DNA of 64,000 nt from Nitrososphaeria archaeon (GTDB taxonomy: Archaea > Thermoproteota > Nitrososphaeria > JACIWG01), in contig CAVVXT010000012.1 in NCBI GenBank assembly GCA_963752255.1, forward strand, positions 64,001-128,000, in the 5' to 3' direction. Position 1 is the first letter of the stretch. Each line of letters starts with the position of its first letter. This document shows positions 10,545 through 21,910 of this stretch, in pieces. The position numbers and the translations under genes were made by a program. The notes beneath the pieces were generated by a model. That model worked only from the letters and a program-made list of their open reading frames with translations. It searched no databases and had not been told where the DNA came from.

Positions 10545-11220
10545 ATGGAATCTAAACTGTTGCGGAAACTTGTAAGCAAAACAATGACAAAAGAAGAACT
10601 TCTTCAAAAGGTTGAACAAGATTCCAGTATACTTCCAGAAGTGCTCAAAGGACTCTCCTCATCAAAAGCCGCGATTAGGTACGGTTGTGCCAAGGCACTA
10701 ATGGACTTGAGTGAAGAGAATCCAGAAAAAATGTATCCGTACATGGATTCCTTCATAAATCTTTTGGAAAGCAAGTACAGGATCCTTACCTGGAACGCCA
10801 TGGCCATAATAGCAAACCTAGTCTAGGGTTGATAAGGACAAGAAGTTTGATGCCGTATTCGACAAATACTTTAATTTTTTGAACAATGAATATATGGTTA
10901 CAGTAGCAAATGTCGTCAGCTGCTCCAGCAAGATCGCATTAGCAAAACCATACCTTATACAAAAGATTACAGACAAGCTTCTGGAAGTCGAAAGCGTACC
11001 TACATCTCCTCACCTGACAGAGGAATGTAAGAGAGTCATAGTCGAAAAAACCGTCGAATTCCTTGATCTTTTCTTTGACCAAATCAAAGATAGAGATAAA
11101 GTAATTTCGTTCACAATAAGATATCTCGACAGCCCCAGGAGAACACTGAGAAAAAAGGTGGAGGATTTTATTAGGAGAAGGGGGTCAGTAGAAGATTTTT
11201 CCAAATTGTCTAATAAATAG
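10545..11220 (+). CDS. HEAT/ARM-repeat-like helical protein, frameshift near 10822
   Basis: 'IRYGCAKALMDLSEENPEKMYPY', 'LTWNAMAIIANL'. The two ORFs join with a one-base correction. Confidence 0.65.
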
Positions 11221-11384
11221 ACTTAAGTTACGAAACTCCCCATTTTCTTGTAGGCTATAAAGGAAACTACTAGGGCCACTGTGCCCACCATTCTGGAAGT
11301 CTGGAATAACAGATGCGGGAGCCCATGTACTTTATACCCTTCAAAGCCATCGTAGTAGCGGCCATGCAATACTACATATGAAAT

Positions 11385-11825
11385 TCAGAAATGAATGAGG
11401 AACTTCTTGAGTTCGGCATGTCCTTCTATCAATTGAACTGTCCTTTTAGTGGCCACATTGATTTCGTGCTCTAATACTCTAGATATCAATAGCGCGGCTA
11501 TAAAGGATATAATGGAAACAAACACGCCCTGGACGACATTTATGGTACCTAGATACCATATCAAGCTCAGCGTAACTAAAGCGCCAACAACGCTCATAAT
11601 CGAAGCCCTCACTATAAAATATAGTCTTTGGGTCCAGCTTAAAGACAAGAAAATCCTCATCAACTCTTTCTTCCCTTCTTCCGTCATCTGTTCCGAATCA
11701 CTTATGTTCGGTACCATTTTGGTTTGTACACAGGAAACAACTTCTGCTGAAAAAACTTTTTGTATCTCATCCAGTACACCGTTAGCAAATTCAACATCGA
11801 AACTAGTTTGGGGCTCAGATTCCAT
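11385..11825 (-). CDS. Hypothetical membrane protein (2 TM)
   Basis: ORF with two hydrophobic helices. Likely start MESEPQ. Confidence 0.6.
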   Translation of the reverse strand: MESEPQTSFDVEFANGVLDEIQKVFSAEVVSCVQTKMVPNISDSEQMTEEGKKELMRIFLSLSWTQRLYFIVRASIMSVVGALVTLSLIWYLGTINVVQGVFVSIISFIAALLISRVLEHEINVATKRTVQLIEGHAELKKFLIHF

Positions 11826-12133
11826 TTTTTTTCTCCGATGCAAATATCCCCATATGTCCTCTTTTATAAATTTCTCTTGTCATCCTAGCATTCGATCGGA
11901 AATATAGAATGTCTTTAGACGCCATTGTCAAATTAACTTTCACAATTTTCCTTTTAACAACATTCCTATCCAATATATTATTTGGGAACTATCCCAATGC
12001 GTTAAAGCTAAGTATTAACGCTAGAAAATCTGAGCTAGTTTTCCCATAAAAAATGATTTCAGTTGAAATTTTTAGAAGCATATTATAAAAGCTGAGACCT
12101 CATTGAGAAAAAGAAATCTTGGAAATTAAATTT

Positions 12134-12591
12134 CTATTTAAGTACAAGAACCGAGCAGGGCGCGTTCTTCGTAACCTTTTCGGCAACATTGCCCAATGAC
12201 AACATTGTAGAATGTGTGCCGCGGTAGCCTATGACTATAAGATCGTATCCCTTTTCGGCTTCTTTCACGATTTCGCTCGCGGGGTCTCCGAAGACTATGG
12301 CGTAGTCGATCTTTTTAGCTAATTTTTCGACATCTTCCCTTGTCTGCGATAGAACGTCCAGGGCTTCCTTTGTCATAAGGTCGCGCATGCTTTCTGGGAT
12401 AGGTAGAATCGTGCCTTGAAGTTCACTGCTGTGTGTGGCGGCTGATGAAGAAATCATCGGCCCTACTACGGACTGACCGGCGACGTAGAATACGGTAATG
12501 TAGCTTTCGAAGAGGCCTGCAAGCTTTATGGCTGAGATAAACACTTTTTGCTCTCCTCTGAACCGTCGAATGCGACAAGTATCTTTTCCAT
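12134..12591 (-). CDS. Universal stress protein (UspA family), frameshift in an A-run near 12545
   Basis: Manual N-terminus MEKILVAFDGSEES. GDPASEIV, DLIVIGYRG and LGNVAEKV...APCSVLV motifs. Confidence 0.9.
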
Positions 12592-12636
12592 ATACTTCAA
12601 CCTGAGTTGTTTACCTCTGCTAAATAAGAACTTTAC

Positions 12637-13917
12637 CTATTCCGTGCTTTGATCCCTCGCCCTTCTTGGCAGGCTCGAACGCAATTCTTCGATCAGCGCC
12701 TTTCTTAGCGTTGTTTCAGATTTCTTTGTTTCTATAAGCTTCTGATGCATTACAGCTATTGCGAGTCTCCCAAACACCGATATCATGTAAACATACTGCA
12801 GCGCTAGAACTAGACCAAAGTATGGTTCACCCAAAGCGATGAGCACACCTCCTGCGATTGAACCGACAAAGTATGACATACCAGTTGCTAAATTATACAA
12901 AGAAATGCAGACACCCCTCTGGCCCCCCGGCGTTGAATCGAACAGGTACGCTAGAACACCTGTATCGTTCAAAGCCGAAAAGACTCCTCCGATAAGGTTT
13001 GCGATATATAGTAACATCATATTGGGAGAAAACGCGTACATAAGAGGTAAGACAAGAAGCCCAGCTCTCGCAAAGACGAGAACAGGCACCCTACCTGCTC
13101 GATCGAACAGATGCCTGAAGACGTTCTGGGCTACGATATACGATACCATGGCTGATATCTGTATTAAGCCGAATTCGAGAACACCCGCATTATGGACTTC
13201 AGCAAGAGTCAGCCCGACCAGAGGCCACATCAAGGACATGAAGAAACCGTAAAGAGAGCTCATGAGAACAAATTGGGTGAAAAGAGGATTTGTTTTAGTA
13301 ATCTTGATAAGGTCGCTGAAGAGCTGCGTTGACTCCTTTAAGGGTTTTGTCTTAGGCTCCTTTATAAAATGGATTGAAATAGTCTGGAAGACTCCGAAGG
13401 CGATCGAAGCCAGGAACATGAACTGGAATCCAGACCTGCTTATCCCAAAGATAAAATATACGGCGACAGAAGTGAATAGTGTGGCAATGAGGCTGCCGAA
13501 ACCGTTTAGCAGGTTCAACTTCGCCATGATTCCAGCCCTGTTCTCCATCGTCGTCGCGTCCCCGATAAGCGAGAGGAAAGCCGGGGTCATCATCGCACTC
13601 GCAGCGGACTGTATCGATAACAGTAACACAAATTCCTTGGGTGTCTGCGCTAATAGAATAGGGACGAAGATTACGAAGTAGACCATACTAGCAATGTAAA
13701 GGATCAGCTTCTTTTTCCCAAGCCTGTCCGTTAACCTGCCGAAAGGCAGTTGGAACACGTTTGGAACAACGTTCACTGCAGCCTGTAGGAGACCTAAATC
13801 AATAGAATTAGCACCCAAGTCTATCGCAAAAAGCGTCAGGAAAGGCCCTGAAAGTCCCACTGCTAGAGCCAAAAGTGTTGCTCTTACAAACAGTGGACGA
13901 TAGAATGAGGTGCTCAT
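12637..13917 (-). CDS. MFS transporter
   Basis: GRLTDRLGKK motif A, 12 TM helices. Confidence 0.9.
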   Translation of the reverse strand: MSTSFYRPLFVRATLLALAVGLSGPFLTLFAIDLGANSIDLGLLQAAVNVVPNVFQLPFGRLTDRLGKKKLILYIASMVYFVIFVPILLAQTPKEFVLLLSIQSAASAMMTPAFLSLIGDATTMENRAGIMAKLNLLNGFGSLIATLFTSVAVYFIFGISRSGFQFMFLASIAFGVFQTISIHFIKEPKTKPLKESTQLFSDLIKITKTNPLFTQFVLMSSLYGFFMSLMWPLVGLTLAEVHNAGVLEFGLIQISAMVSYIVAQNVFRHLFDRAGRVPVLVFARAGLLVLPLMYAFSPNMMLLYIANLIGGVFSALNDTGVLAYLFDSTPGGQRGVCISLYNLATGMSYFVGSIAGGVLIALGEPYFGLVLALQYVYMISVFGRLAIAVMHQKLIETKKSETTLRKALIEELRSSLPRRARDQSTE

Positions 13918-13952
13918 TAAGAATCAAAGCTCAATTTTGCTTCCTTTTTAAC

Positions 13953-14363
13953 TTATTTTCTAATATCTAAGACGTGAGATTTGAGCACAAGACACACGAA
14001 TTTTCCTTCTAAAACCTTTTTTTCTTCAACAAATACTTCAACCCTGATATAGTACCTGTTATTCTGATGTTTATATAAGCGGGCTTTCGCTATCAGAGTG
14101 TCGCCGACTTTCACAGGAGAAGTAAATTTAACTAACGCTTTTAAGAGGACAACGTTCGGATGGTTTACCGCGGTCATAGCCGCGTAATCGGCGACCGAAA
14201 ATGTGAAGCCACCATGGACCAACCCTTTTTCATCCACCTTCATAAAATCCTCTGTCTTGAGGGAAACAATAGAACGCTTCCCAGGAATCAGGTCAAGACA
14301 CCTGCCAGAAAAGCGTTCATCGATATTTTTATGCGTTCTCAGCATAAATGTGTCACTCAACAC
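13953..14363 (-). CDS. PaaI/hotdog-fold thioesterase
   Basis: GLVHGGFTFSVADYAAM, F.SPVKVGD. Confidence 0.85.
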   Translation of the reverse strand: MLSDTFMLRTHKNIDERFSGRCLDLIPGKRSIVSLKTEDFMKVDEKGLVHGGFTFSVADYAAMTAVNHPNVVLLKALVKFTSPVKVGDTLIAKARLYKHQNNRYYIRVEVFVEEKKVLEGKFVCLVLKSHVLDIRK

Positions 14364-14475
14364 TTTCTCTTAACTGGTTATAAAAAAGTTTATGACCATT
14401 TACATTCAAAAGGGAAAAAAAGAAAGGGAGAGGAATAAATCCAAAGTTTTAATATATTGGGATCAGGAATATGCT

Positions 14476-15378
14476 TTAGTCTATTCCTAGAAGCTTTGCA
14501 GGTTTGTCCTTAACCATCTTTTCAACTTCTGACAGGGTAAAACCATTATCCAACATCATGTGAATATATTGACGCATCCCTTCTATGGGATGAGGATTTC
14601 TTATCTGACCAAAATCGGTTGCCATTACACACTTGTCTGTCCCAACCTTCCTTATTGATTCCACTAGGTGCTGTACGGTGAACGACCTTTCCGGCTTATC
14701 CAAGCAACCAAAGACGTCATGTTCCATGATAGCGCCCATTTCTGCCATCCTAACCTGATCAGATATCTGCCAGGGTGTGATGTAAAAGCCGGGATGTGTG
14801 ACGAGTATCTTCTTGACCCCACATTTCCTTGCCGATTTTATTAGAGCGAAGACTTCTTCCTTTGAAATGTGGCCTGATCCGAGAATCAAGTCGTTTGCCG
14901 CAACAAGATCAAGTATCTCGTAGACTTCCTGTTTGACTTCACCGTCTTCTTGCAGGATATTTATTCCCTCTATAGGTCCCAGGTCGGAATTGGGGACAAA
15001 CCTTGAAGCATCGTACGAGGTTGGTCCTGCAACTTTGATATGATTCTGTGAATGGAAGGTGGGCATCCAAACTTCCCTTGCACCAAACCCTATCGCGGCC
15101 CTTACAGCCTTAGGGTTCAGTCCACCCACTGTATGATTTAGTACGATACCGCCGAAGAACTTGACGCATGAAACTTCAGCTCCTACGATCTGCGCTCTAT
15201 CCGCGTTGATCACAAAATGATTTTTCGACAATACAGCCCTGTACCCTACATCCACGGCACTTTTGGCGAATTCGATTTCGTTTAAGGATCTCAGAAATAG
15301 GTCGGGTGCAAGGTGGACATGCATTTCGCAGACGTTTTCAAGGAGAAGTCTGTCTTCCCTTGACACTTCAATGGTCAT
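14476..15378 (-). CDS. Metal-dependent TIM-barrel protein (DUF6282/amidohydrolase-like)
   Basis: HVHLAPD, SKNH, VWMPT, SGH, VTHP and ATDFGQ motifs. Confidence 0.75.
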   Translation of the reverse strand: MTIEVSREDRLLLENVCEMHVHLAPDLFLRSLNEIEFAKSAVDVGYRAVLSKNHFVINADRAQIVGAEVSCVKFFGGIVLNHTVGGLNPKAVRAAIGFGAREVWMPTFHSQNHIKVAGPTSYDASRFVPNSDLGPIEGINILQEDGEVKQEVYEILDLVAANDLILGSGHISKEEVFALIKSARKCGVKKILVTHPGFYITPWQISDQVRMAEMGAIMEHDVFGCLDKPERSFTVQHLVESIRKVGTDKCVMATDFGQIRNPHPIEGMRQYIHMMLDNGFTLSEVEKMVKDKPAKLLGID

Positions 15379-15435
15379 AGTAATACGAACGTCTTGCTCT
15401 CTGTCAATTATTTATACTTTATAAACAAAAAAAGC

Positions 15436-16821
15436 TTACTTGACTTTTTCGATGAATTCGTTGTGCAATGCCCTAACAGCTTTTGTACCATCTTCTTCTT
15501 TAACAACAAAGCTTATGTTAAGCTCACTCGACCCCTGAGCTATCATCCTAACGTTCACCCCCGCGTCGGCTACGGCTCTGAACATTCTAGCCGCAACACC
15601 TGGGGTGCCTTTCATGCCCTCCCCGACGGTTGCTACAACCGAAATGTCGGGTTCAACTTCCATTCTTTTAGCATTTTTACCAATTTCCGAATCGAGTACT
15701 TCGCGCGCACGTTCCAGGTACTGCTTCTTCATGACGACGCTGATGTTGGATTCAGAAACGCTCTGCGAAATCATCATAATGTTTATTTTGGCATCTGCAA
15801 GTAGATCAAAGAATTTTGCAGCTGTCCCCGCTTCTCCCACCATTGAGGCGCCTCTAACTGTCACCATTCCCGTATCTTTTATCAGAGAAATAACTTTGAC
15901 GACAGAAAAGTTCGGTTTCGAAACCCTAGCCACAATCAATGTTCCATTATGGGTCGGATTGAATGTATTCTTCAGCCTGACAGGTATCTTCTTTTCTATT
16001 GCAGGTTCTAACGCTCTAGGATGCAGTGACCTTGCACCTATTACGGCCATCTCTAGAGCTTCATCATAGGTTATTTCTGGAAGCGTTTTGGCTTCGGGTA
16101 CGATCTTTGGATCCGCTGTCATTATGCCGTTGACATCACTCCATATCAAAACTTCATCAGCTCCTATCGCACTGGCTATAATCGTCGCAGTATAGTCACT
16201 GCCACCTCTGCCGAATGTTGTAACTATCCCTTCCTTTGTAGCGCCCGCAAATCCGCCGACAACGGGAATAGATCCCTCATTTAGAAGAGGTTCCAGATTA
16301 GCCCTAATATTCTCGCTTGTTGCTTCCATTATTGGTGTCGCCTCCCCAAAACGATTGTTTGTAACAATACCTGCTTCCCCACCTGTAAAGGATTTAGATT
16401 TGTAACCTGTACTTAGTAGCGTCCCAGAAGCTATATCAGACGAATACCGTTCACCAAAACTTATAACGTAATCAACGCTCCTTGGTGTTGCCTCCTTCAG
16501 GTATAGGATTCCGTATAGAACATGCTCAAGTTCATAGTCCGCCTGGGACAAGCGTTCCTCAAGCCTATGAGGTATTTGGCCGACAGAATTCTTTGCAACC
16601 GTTCTTTGGGTTTCTTTCAGATTGTTTAAAAATGCGTTCACCCATTTTTGGTCACCCGACTCAGCTCTCCTCGTTGCTTCAAGCAGGTCATCGGTTACGC
16701 CTTTTAGCGCGGAGACAACTATGATAACGCTGTCATTCTTAAAGTTTGATAGCAGCTCGGATATTTTTTTATATCCTACATTCTTAACCGATGTACCGCC
16801 AAACTTCATTACATATTTCAT
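15436..16821 (-). CDS. lysC: Aspartate kinase
   Basis: KFGGTSV, VSA, GRGGSDYTA, DV.GIMTADP, two ACT domains. Confidence 0.95.
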   Translation of the reverse strand: MKYVMKFGGTSVKNVGYKKISELLSNFKNDSVIIVVSALKGVTDDLLEATRRAESGDQKWVNAFLNNLKETQRTVAKNSVGQIPHRLEERLSQADYELEHVLYGILYLKEATPRSVDYVISFGERYSSDIASGTLLSTGYKSKSFTGGEAGIVTNNRFGEATPIMEATSENIRANLEPLLNEGSIPVVGGFAGATKEGIVTTFGRGGSDYTATIIASAIGADEVLIWSDVNGIMTADPKIVPEAKTLPEITYDEALEMAVIGARSLHPRALEPAIEKKIPVRLKNTFNPTHNGTLIVARVSKPNFSVVKVISLIKDTGMVTVRGASMVGEAGTAAKFFDLLADAKINIMMISQSVSESNISVVMKKQYLERAREVLDSEIGKNAKRMEVEPDISVVATVGEGMKGTPGVAARMFRAVADAGVNVRMIAQGSSELNISFVVKEEDGTKAVRALHNEFIEKVK

Positions 16822-16825
16822 TAAA

Positions 16826-17881
16826 CTATCTCTCCAAGTAGCCCAATCTATTGAGAAGCTCGGCTGTCAGTATCGCGTTACCCGCCGCCCCTCTTATTGT
16901 GTTGTGACTCAAAAGAGTATATTGTAGTGATCTTGAATCAAGGCCCTTCCTTACCCTTCCGATCACTACACTCATTCCTGGAACGGTTCCAGCATACCTA
17001 TCGCGCCTAACCTGAGGCCTATCTTTTCCCTCCTTAACGATTAGAGGATGCTCAGGAGCCGAAGGCAGCTTAAAATCCTGTGGCAAGCCTTTGAAAGAGG
17101 ACATCATATTTTTCGCTTCCTCGACATCGATTTCTCCTTCTGTCTCTATGTACACGGATTCCGTGTGACCGTCGATCACGGAAACTCTATTGCAGGAGGC
17201 GGCGAGCAGCATAGGATTCTCAATTACAAAATTATCTCGAATGCTTCCAAGTATCTTCTTTGTTTCGTTGACAAGTTTTTCCTCTTCATCCTTGATGTAA
17301 GGTATGATATTGTCGATTATCTGGAGGCTGGAAACACCTGGAAATCCTGCACCGCTGACAGCCTGCATCGTAGTAACTATCACCCTCTTAACCTTAAACC
17401 TGTCATCTAAAGGTTTCAGAGACATTACAAGGCCGGTTGTAGTGCAGTTCGGTTTTGTTACAATGAAACCCTTCCAACCTCTTTCCATCCTTTGCCTTTT
17501 GATAAGCTCTAGATGGCCGCTGTTGATTTCGGGCACTAACACCGGCACATCTTTTTCCATTCTATAGGCGCTAGTGTTGCTGACGATTGGATACGTCTTC
17601 GCATAGGCTCCTTCCTGCTCTTTAGCCGCATCTGAAGGAAGACAGCTGAAAATGAGCCCTACGAAATTCTGGGGAACTGATTCCTCGACCTGCATCCTTT
17701 GAATACGCTCTGGTGGATCATTTTCACCAATCCATTCAGCTGCTGCACCATAGAGTTTTCCAGCAGACTTCTTCCCTACCAGAAGTGAAACTTCAAACCA
17801 TGGATGTGACTCTAGCAGGCGTATGTACTGTTGACCGACCATACCGGTCGCGCCCAATACAGCAACACTGATCTTTGCCAC
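16826..17881 (-). CDS. asd: Aspartate-semialdehyde dehydrogenase (archaeal type)
   Basis: GATGMVGQ, PNCTT, QAVSGAG and HNTIRGAAG motifs. Confidence 0.95.
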   Translation of the reverse strand: MAKISVAVLGATGMVGQQYIRLLESHPWFEVSLLVGKKSAGKLYGAAAEWIGENDPPERIQRMQVEESVPQNFVGLIFSCLPSDAAKEQEGAYAKTYPIVSNTSAYRMEKDVPVLVPEINSGHLELIKRQRMERGWKGFIVTKPNCTTTGLVMSLKPLDDRFKVKRVIVTTMQAVSGAGFPGVSSLQIIDNIIPYIKDEEEKLVNETKKILGSIRDNFVIENPMLLAASCNRVSVIDGHTESVYIETEGEIDVEEAKNMMSSFKGLPQDFKLPSAPEHPLIVKEGKDRPQVRRDRYAGTVPGMSVVIGRVRKGLDSRSLQYTLLSHNTIRGAAGNAILTAELLNRLGYLER

Positions 17882-17996
17882 TTTCTTTACACTTATTTAC
17901 CTAAGATTAAATTCGACAACCTTTAATATACTTTACTTCAAAAATCAAGTATTCAACTTTTTCCTATGTCTAATATGTGATGAGATGAGCATTAGA

Positions 17997-18441
17997 CTAT
18001 GGTGGTATTGTTGTATTGTTGGCCGCTTTCCAGGCCGTGAGACCTCCGAGCATGTTATATACGTGACGGAAAACGTTGTTAGCTAGTATAGTTGAAGCTT
18101 GGGCACTCCTCAGTTCCCGTACCACAGTAGACCAAGATATATGATTGAGGATCTAATTTACTAATATTCCCTTGTAGAGTGTTAACGGGGATACATATGG
18201 CTCCTTCGATGTGTCCGCTGTTAAACTCATCAAGGGTTCTAACGTCTAGAATAACTAAACCTGTTGTATTTCTTATCAATTCTTTAGCCTGTTCAACTGT
18301 AACATCCTGATAAACAATTTTGCTTGACTGGACACTTGGCAGCCATACATATAAGTAATAGGTTGCCAACGCAAAAACTAAGGCTACGATAACTATGATA
18401 GCTACAATACGCTTTTGATTTATTGAGAGCCCTCCCTTCAC
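17997..18441 (-). CDS. Membrane-anchored rhodanese-like protein, frameshift near 18113
   Basis: N-terminal TM, LDVRT.EF.SGHIEGA, VYC. The shifted frame continues LRSAQAS...VYNMLGGLTAW. Confidence 0.85.
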
Positions 18442-18506
18442 GCTCTATATCCTCTTAGTCCTGTTAAAAGTTCTTTGCTATAAACATTAGTTTATATCCA
18501 AACTTT

Positions 18507-18635
18507 CTAGCGAGAAATGCTTTTTATAAGACAACTGGAGCCGAAGTCTAGAAAGACTCCTATACTTTTTAATTCGAAGTATATCTTGTTTCCACCGATC
18601 GTGTTCGAGCCACCGTAGACAGTAATTGAAGTCAA
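18507..18635 (-). pseudogene. 5' remnant of an MBL-fold (RNase J-like) metallo-hydrolase
   Basis: Manual translation MTSITVYGGSNTIGGNKIYFELKSIGVFLDFG followed by an early stop. GGTG SD-like motif upstream. Confidence 0.6.
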
Positions 18636-18803
18636 AAGCACACACCTAATATTATGTGATGATGATGGAATAGGTTAAAGGGAAAATAAATGATTCTTCA
18701 TAATTAAAACAATGTATCTGATTGCACGATTTGGTAACTATATCAATGGCGTGTTAGGTTCTCGACATGTTTAAATATCTATCAACTGTTCCCTAAATCG
18801 GAT

Positions 18804-20147
18804 TTGATGAAGACTGAAGCTTACCTTCAGTGCATAATACCAAGCTGTGGAAAAAAATACGACACCAAAGGAATAAGAACGACCTGCGATTGTGGCAACC
18901 TTCTTGACGTAAAATATAAGGGTAGGTTTTCAAGAAGGTTGAAAGGTAAATTTTTTCAGAGAAGGAACCCGTTAGGTAACATTTTCAATGAAAGCGGCGT
19001 GTGGAGGTTCAGGGAACTCATCAACTTTACAGGATTTGATTCTGAAGATCACGAAAATTACAGTAAGGTCTTCGTGTCGTTCGATGGCGCAGAAGGGAGG
19101 ACAAGACCTTATCAGATGACGAAGGTCGCAGAATACGTTGGAATGCCTAAAGAAAACGTCCTCTTTCAGCCTGAGGGACTTAATCCCAGCGGCTCCTTCA
19201 AAGATAACGGCATATCCACAGGTTTGACTCATGCGAAAATGATAGGGGTTAAGGAAGTAATATGTGCTTCAACAGGAAATACTTCAGCCTCTCTTGCGAT
19301 GTACGCGGCGAACGAGGGTATTAGAGCTGGAATATACATTCCGAAGGAAGAGGTTGCACCGGGGAAGCTTGGTCAGGCTTTTCAGTTTAATGCAGACGTA
19401 TATGAAGTAATAGGTAACTTCGATGACGCTCTCCAAGTTGTTCTGGAGAAGGGAAGAAGGGGAGCGTATGTTATGAACTCTGTTAACCCGTTCAGGCTAG
19501 AAGGCCAGAAGACGATGGTCTACAGGGTGCTGGAGTACCTTAACTGGGAGCCACCTGATTGGCTTGTGTTCCCCCGCGGAAACATGGGGAACTGTTCGGC
19601 GTTTGGAAAAGCGGTTATTGAACTTTATGAATGGGGATGGATAAAGAAGAAGCCGAGATTTGTTTCCGTAGACGCCGAAGGTTCTAAAACCTTCTTCACT
19701 CTCTTTAATGGTCTGCACAATGGAGAAAAATTGAGGTGGAACAATGGAGAGGTTGATGAAGAACTGATAGAAGATTACTATAATTATTTGGATAGAAGAG
19801 GGGTGAAGCCTAGGACAAACGCTACGGCGATACAGATAGGAAGACCTGTAAACATCAAGAAAGGTCTAAGAAGCCTAGATTTCACAGATGGAATCTCGGT
19901 GGAAGTTAGTGATAAAGAAATGGAAGACGGTGTAGCTGTCGTCGGTAGCAACGGATTCGATTGTGAACAGGCTTCAGCCGCATGTATTGCAGCGATAAAA
20001 AAACTTGTTAGAGAAGAGACTATAAAGAAGGATGATATGGTTGTCGGCATCCTAACTGGCAGGCTGAAGGACCCGCAGATGATTGTGAACTATCACGCAG
20101 ACAAAGATAACCGATTCGCTAACCCTCCTAAAACAGTAAAGACCTGA
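18804..20147 (+). CDS. thrC: Threonine synthase
   Basis: N-terminal Zn ribbon, NPSGSFKD (PLP Lys), ASTGNT, NSVNPFRLEGQKT. Confidence 0.92.
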   Translation: MMKTEAYLQCIIPSCGKKYDTKGIRTTCDCGNLLDVKYKGRFSRRLKGKFFQRRNPLGNIFNESGVWRFRELINFTGFDSEDHENYSKVFVSFDGAEGRTRPYQMTKVAEYVGMPKENVLFQPEGLNPSGSFKDNGISTGLTHAKMIGVKEVICASTGNTSASLAMYAANEGIRAGIYIPKEEVAPGKLGQAFQFNADVYEVIGNFDDALQVVLEKGRRGAYVMNSVNPFRLEGQKTMVYRVLEYLNWEPPDWLVFPRGNMGNCSAFGKAVIELYEWGWIKKKPRFVSVDAEGSKTFFTLFNGLHNGEKLRWNNGEVDEELIEDYYNYLDRRGVKPRTNATAIQIGRPVNIKKGLRSLDFTDGISVEVSDKEMEDGVAVVGSNGFDCEQASAACIAAIKKLVREETIKKDDMVVGILTGRLKDPQMIVNYHADKDNRFANPPKTVKT

Positions 20148-20189
20148 AGACAACATTGTTGATTTGCTTCTTGGAATCTACTGTTGCAG

Positions 20190-21149
20190 TTACTTGTTGA
20201 CCATCCTAGCACCTACGCCAGCTTTTGTGATGTAATAAGACGCTTCAACGTCAGCCCTGTTAAAGGCTTCGCACATTGACTTGCCTATCTCCGAACCATC
20301 GCAAACACTGTTGTCAAAGAATGCAGCCATGCTTGGACCAGCACCGCTGATTGTCACACCGAGGGCGCCAGAACCTGATGCAGCCTCCTTGACATAGGAG
20401 TACCCTGGTATCAGCTTTGATCTTGCAGGTTCAACTACCGCATCGCTGAGTGCGCAGCCGAAGAGCTTTAGATCTTTTAGAAATAAAGCAGCCACTAAGG
20501 CGGAAGCGTTACCTACGTTGTGAACAAGCTGTGTCAGTCCGATTGATTTTGGTATGACAGCTCTAAACTGCTCCGTCTTCTTTGCACCATAGGACACTTT
20601 GGGTGAGGAGATGCATATGCCAAGATGTTTAGGGGGATCAACTTTAATGACATCCATGGGTGTGTAGGACCTGACTATAGTGAAACCCCCTAACAGAGAT
20701 GCTGAAACATTGTCAGCATGGGGTTTACCAGCAGACACTACTTCCCCTAATGAAGCGTACCTGACAAGAGCGTTCTGGTCCAAGTTTAAAGAAAAAAGCA
20801 AATTCAAGCCAAAAGCTACCGCAGAAGCTGATGCAGCACTACTTCCCATCCCCATGCCCACCGGTATCCCCTTGACGACTTTAACGTCTAAACCCCTTGT
20901 CAAATGAAAATCCCTCGCCATCGTAGACGCGACAATTCCAGCAGTGTTACCTTCCAATTGAATAGGTATCCTGTCGGAGTCTATTCCTTCTACAGAAACC
21001 GTCAGCCACTCCCCTCCGACAGATATGGTAACCTTATCTTTTGGCGAGACTAATGCTAACGCAAAAACATCGAAGCCCGGGCCGACGTTGGCTGAAGATG
21101 CCGGTGCTTCGACAATTATCTTGTCTTGCTCAAACTGTAACGCGGGCAT
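20190..21149 (-). CDS. thrB: Homoserine kinase
   Basis: PASSANVGPGFD, GMGSSAAS, HADN and ISGAGPS motifs. Confidence 0.95.
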   Translation of the reverse strand: MPALQFEQDKIIVEAPASSANVGPGFDVFALALVSPKDKVTISVGGEWLTVSVEGIDSDRIPIQLEGNTAGIVASTMARDFHLTRGLDVKVVKGIPVGMGMGSSAASASAVAFGLNLLFSLNLDQNALVRYASLGEVVSAGKPHADNVSASLLGGFTIVRSYTPMDVIKVDPPKHLGICISSPKVSYGAKKTEQFRAVIPKSIGLTQLVHNVGNASALVAALFLKDLKLFGCALSDAVVEPARSKLIPGYSYVKEAASGSGALGVTISGAGPSMAAFFDNSVCDGSEIGKSMCEAFNRADVEASYYITKAGVGARMVNK

Positions 21150-21222
21150 TTATTTCTCCCAATTTAAAATAGGCATCATATTTAAACTTGCACGTGCTTA
21201 TATTTGTAATCGACGATAGATA

Positions 21223-21816
21223 CTATTTCTTATCTTTAAGTATAAGAGATGAAAGATTTGGGTATTCCGAGACAAATCTTATTCTATACGTGAAGTCAGG
21301 TTTTATCTGGTTAGACTGCTGTATAGCCCTTTGAATTTCCGTCTCATCTAGGCTTGTGTCAGCGATAAGGTTTTCAATAGAAGACTTAATCTGCAAGGAG
21401 ACCTGTTCGCTAAGCCTTTCCTTAGAAAAATATTTTAGAACATCTTCGATTACGGCGATCTTTCCTAAAATTTCAACCTTTTCCATCGGTTCTTTGAACG
21501 CTTCCTCGGCTAAAACCTGCAACCTTATCTTTATCTGAGCCAGTTCTCTGAGTATGACGATTATTTCGTCTTCTAGCCTTATCAATTCGTAAGAAGAAGA
21601 AGCCCTCTGAAGGTCGTTTAATGTAGATACATCATGTATCTTGTTCAGGGAATCAAACAGTCTATCTACGCACTTTGTGGCATTCTGGAGATGTGCGATT
21701 ATATCTTCCTGTAGCTGTGAATATTTTTCAGGTAACTTCTTTTCTAGGACGAATTTCCTATTTCCGGCTACAAATATCGATAAGGTTTTGAGAACTTCAA
21801 TTGTGTCCTCTATCAT
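21223..21816 (-). CDS. Hypothetical helical protein
   Basis: 197-aa ORF, no recognised motif. Confidence 0.55.
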   Translation of the reverse strand: MIEDTIEVLKTLSIFVAGNRKFVLEKKLPEKYSQLQEDIIAHLQNATKCVDRLFDSLNKIHDVSTLNDLQRASSSYELIRLEDEIIVILRELAQIKIRLQVLAEEAFKEPMEKVEILGKIAVIEDVLKYFSKERLSEQVSLQIKSSIENLIADTSLDETEIQRAIQQSNQIKPDFTYRIRFVSEYPNLSSLILKDKK

Positions 21817-21910
21817 CGATTATATCGCGCGGATATGCTTTAATAATCTTTATAGCCAAAGTTGATGAAAAAAATCTCTCCACTAACAGATATTGAGAGC
21901 GAACTGTGGC